Below, piece by piece: positions 60,595 through 64,000 of a stretch of 64,000 nt of DNA. The notes below the pieces were generated by a model. That model saw only the letters and a list, made by a program, of their open reading frames with translations, did not search any database and was not told the origin of the DNA. Position numbers and translations under genes: made by a program. Every line of letters starts with the position of its first letter. Position 1 is the stretch's first letter. The stretch is from Camelus dromedarius (Eukaryota), in contig NC_087437.1 of assembly GCF_036321535.1 (NCBI RefSeq), forward strand, positions 76,386,001 to 76,450,000. The letters run 5' to 3'.

Positions 60595-61859
60595 GATTAA
60601 TAGGTTTTCTTTATGGTGGCTTGCATAATGGGTCCTGGGGGAAGAGAGGAAAGTAATGTAGGTGCAGCTGAGTGAAGATCCATTCAATACGTTTATACTC
60701 TGTGTTGCCTTCGTTTACCTATCCAAGCAAAGTTGCTTCTTACTTCCTTCGTGTGTCTCTAGATTTTAGAGATAAGTCTATTTTTGCACAGTTGTTTAAA
60801 TACTTGTCTACCCTATTTGATTTTGAGTAACCTGAGAGTAAAGTTCATGCTTGATTTAATTTTTTCTTTTCAAAATCTAACATAATACTTACTATAATAC
60901 TAAAAATTTTAAGGAATGGAATTAAGTTGAGCAGAATTTCCCAGCATCCCAAAGCAGAAGCATTTTATTATGGGTGCAGAGAGGCAAAGAATGCATTCTC
61001 CTTCACAGCAGTCTAAATTATTTTTGAAATAACTTAACATGAACCCTAACCCTAGGGTTATATGGAAGAAGAATAGAAATTGAAAGCCTTTGATGTGTCT
61101 TGATCATACAGCTCAAAATTAGTAACCAGGAAGTGTATTTAACAAAGACAAAGATTTTGTTTTGCTTTTGATTTTACTTTGTCTTTTAAAACAGTTAAAC
61201 ACTCTGAACTCCTATTTCATTGAAATGATGAGGGAATGGGATTTTATAGTTAATTTAATAATCTGGCTAATTACTATACAGTAACAGGCTTTCAAGTTTT
61301 AGGGGAAAATGATGAAATAAACAGTCATAAAACCATCTGGACAAATTTTAAACTTGTTTTAATGATTTAAAAGGCACTTCAGGATCTTGAAGTAACACAG
61401 TTATCAAAACGGATGTAAATAGTAGGTGGTCAAATACTTATTGATTTGCATTCTACACTTCAAAGTAGACAGTTTAAGAAACTGAGCTGAAAATACGCTG
61501 ACCCTGTGGTATTTTTTGGAAATTGCTTCAAAAATTCCTGATATCAGCTTGTTTACTTGTCATTTGTATTTTTCACATAAAAGTAAATTGGAGTTTAAAA
61601 AAACCCACTTCTGTTACTTGAGTCTCTAGGCTATTTGCATTATAGACAAAGGAGAGTTTTATAGTTCTTAAATATCTTGAGAGTTGTCAGGATTCTAAAA
61701 TACTTTGCCCTTCAATATTTTTTTTTTTTTGCCTTTCAGTTTAGATGTTAGTAATAAATACTAGTTTGTAACCACCTTAAACAGCAGAAGCAAATATTCT
61801 GCTATCAGTCTTCTTCCAAAATTGGTTTTCTGTCTCAATACCCAAAGTGATGATTGTTA

Positions 61860-62080
61860 TGGGCCTAGATGGAGAGAGACAAGTTTAAATCCTGACTCAG
61901 CCACTTATTATTTCTATGATCATGAGCAAGTTTTTTTTATCTCTCCCATTGTTCAATTTCCTCAACTATGGAATAAGAAAATTTAACAGGGTTTTGGTAG
62001 GGATTAATAAGTTAATGGATATAAAGCCTGTAGATGGCAAGTTTCTGGCACATAGTTCGAGATCAGAAAATGGTAACTAT
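61860..62080 (+). mobile_element. MIR SINE
   Basis: tttaaatcctgactcagccactta...gagcaagtt...tttcctcaactatggaataag...ctggcacatagt. Confidence 0.75.
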
Positions 62081-62104
62081 TTTCCTCCTTAGAATTCAGA
62101 TAAT

Positions 62105-64000
62105 TGAAAATTATTTAATTTTTATTTTTTAATTAACATATGGTAAAACTCATTTTTTGGGTCTCTAGTTCTATGAGTTTTAACCATCATCACAGTTGAG
62201 ATGTGGAACCGTCTGTTACCCCAAAAAGCTCCTCATGCTGTCCCTTTGAGGTCACACCCTCCCCTGAGCCCTAACCCATGGCAGCCACTGATCCAATTTC
62301 CGTTACTGTAATTTTTCCTTTTCTGGAATGTCATATAAATGGAATCATACCATGTAACCTTTTTGAGACTGTCTTCTTCATCCAGGAGGATGCATTTGGG
62401 ACTTATACAAGTTTTCTTGTGTGTCAATATTGTTCCTTTTATTTCTGAATAATACTCCATTGTATGGATGTATCACAGTTTGTTTATCCATTCACCCATT
62501 TAAAGACATTTGTGTTGGTTCCAGTTTTATATGTTTTTGAATGGAGCTTCTGTGTGAACATATGTTGTTTGAAATATGTTTTTGTTTCCCCTGAGTAAAT
62601 ACCTAGGAATAGGATTTTTAGGTCATATGGCAAATGTGTTTATAAGAAACTATTAAGTTGTTTTCCAGAGTGGCTGTATCATTTTGCATTCCGTGAATGT
62701 ATGAAAGTTCCAGTTTCTCTGCATCCTCACCAACACTTGGTATTATCATATTTTTTAAAAAAAATTTAGCTTTTCTTATAGGTATAAGATGGTATCTCAT
62801 TTTTAAAAATAATAACATTGAGCATATCTTCATATGCTTATTTGAAAACTATGTATTTTCTTTCATGCAATGTCTGTACGAATATTTTTTCTGTTTTAAA
62901 ATTGGGTTGTTTCCTTATTGGTGAGTTTTTGAGAGTTCTTTGAATATTTTTGTATATTTTGGATAGAAATCTTTTGTCAGATATATGACTTGCAAATATT
63001 TTCTCTCAGTTTGTGACTGGTCTTTTCCTTCTCTTAACGGTCTTTTGCAAGATAAAAGTTTTAAAGTTTGATGAAGTCCAATTTATCATTTTTTCCTTTT
63101 ATGAATTGTCATGTCTAAGAATTCTTTGCTAACCTCATATCATGAAAATTTTCTCCTATTTTTTTAAAAAAGTTTTACAGTTCTATGTATATTTAGATCT
63201 AGGATTCATTTTGAGTTAATTTTACATATGATGTGAGGGGTTTTTTGTTGTTGCTGTTTGTTTTGTAAAATATCATAGGCCATATATGTGTGGGTCTGTA
63301 TCTGGATTCTTTATTTTATTCCATTGATCTTTGTGTATATCTCTTAGCCAATAGCAAACTGCCTTGATTATTAAAGATTACAATATATTGATATATTACA
63401 GGTTATATTGTAGGCATAATATTATTATAATTTTAATTTTAAAATTACTTCCAATTTTATTCTAATATCTCAAAATTGTTTTGACTATTCTCGTTTCTTT
63501 TATTTTTTGTCTTTCCATATGAATTTTAGAATCCTCTTATATATATTTATAAAATCATGTTATTTTGATTGGAATTACATTAAATCTATAGATCAATCTG
63601 TGGAGAATTGACACCTTTATTATGTTAAATCTTTAATCTACAAACACAGCATATCTCTCCATTTATTTTGGGCTGTATTGACTTTTTCATCAGTATTATA
63701 TAATTTTCAGCATACAGTGCTTACAAATATTTTGTTAGATTGATACCTAAGCAGTTCATTATTCTGGGGCTATTGTGTTTTAAAAGATTGTCTTTAGTTT
63801 CCAATTGTTCATTTTTAGCATCTAGAAATAAGACTGATTTTTGTGTGTCCTGAGACCTTTCAAAACTCATTTACTAGTTCTTGGAGTTTGGGGTGGGGTT
63901 TTTTTTGGGGGGTAAAGTACTTTGGATTTTCTACAAAGACAATTTTGCCTCTTGCAAATAGGAACAATTTTATTTCCCCTTTTCAAATCTTCTTCCTGTT
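62105..64000 (-). mobile_element. Old L1 3' region (L1MC/L1MD-like), runs off the window
   Basis: Reverse-strand peptides MEYYS, MRYHLIPIR, VGEDAEKLELSY; typical L1 3' UTR blocks. Confidence 0.88.

Noticed and set aside
61042..61060. AACCCTAACCCTAGGGTTA, telomere-like hexamers forming a 14-bp palindrome
   Set aside because: Only about three units, too short to call an interstitial telomere or fusion site.

Overview
Placental-mammal genomic DNA, AT-rich and CpG-depleted, with no recognisable host protein-coding exon, rRNA, tRNA or CRISPR array. Most of the window is layered transposable-element debris: L1, L2, L3/CR1, MIR, MaLR/ERVL/ERV1 LTRs, Tigger and hAT elements. The young L1 3' UTRs and the absence of Alu, B1/B2, BovB/Bov-tA, PRE1 or CAN-SINEs suggest a camelid, but this is an inference. 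The centrepiece is a young, full-length ~7.1 kb LINE-1 on the minus strand (24863-31968). It has a perfect 12-18 bp target-site duplication, a poly(A) tail, a CpG-island 5' UTR with a YY1 site, and ORF1 and ORF2 each broken by only one small frameshift. Its ~400-nt inter-ORF spacer holds the most intriguing signal: a 75-codon ATG-initiated ORF in strong Kozak context, preceded by a polypyrimidine tract/NAGNAG splice acceptor. The stop codon of that ORF falls 4 nt after the ORF2 AUG, and similar reading-frame traces appear in much older L1 fossils in the same window. Also seen: a YVDD RT motif, a pre-miRNA-sized hairpin in unique sequence, a poly(A)-only TPRT insertion, a micro-inverted L1 5' junction, a fossil Charlie transposase and an ERV-L proviral remnant. 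Repeat subfamily names come from recognition by eye, not from a database search, and boundaries of old repeats are approximate.
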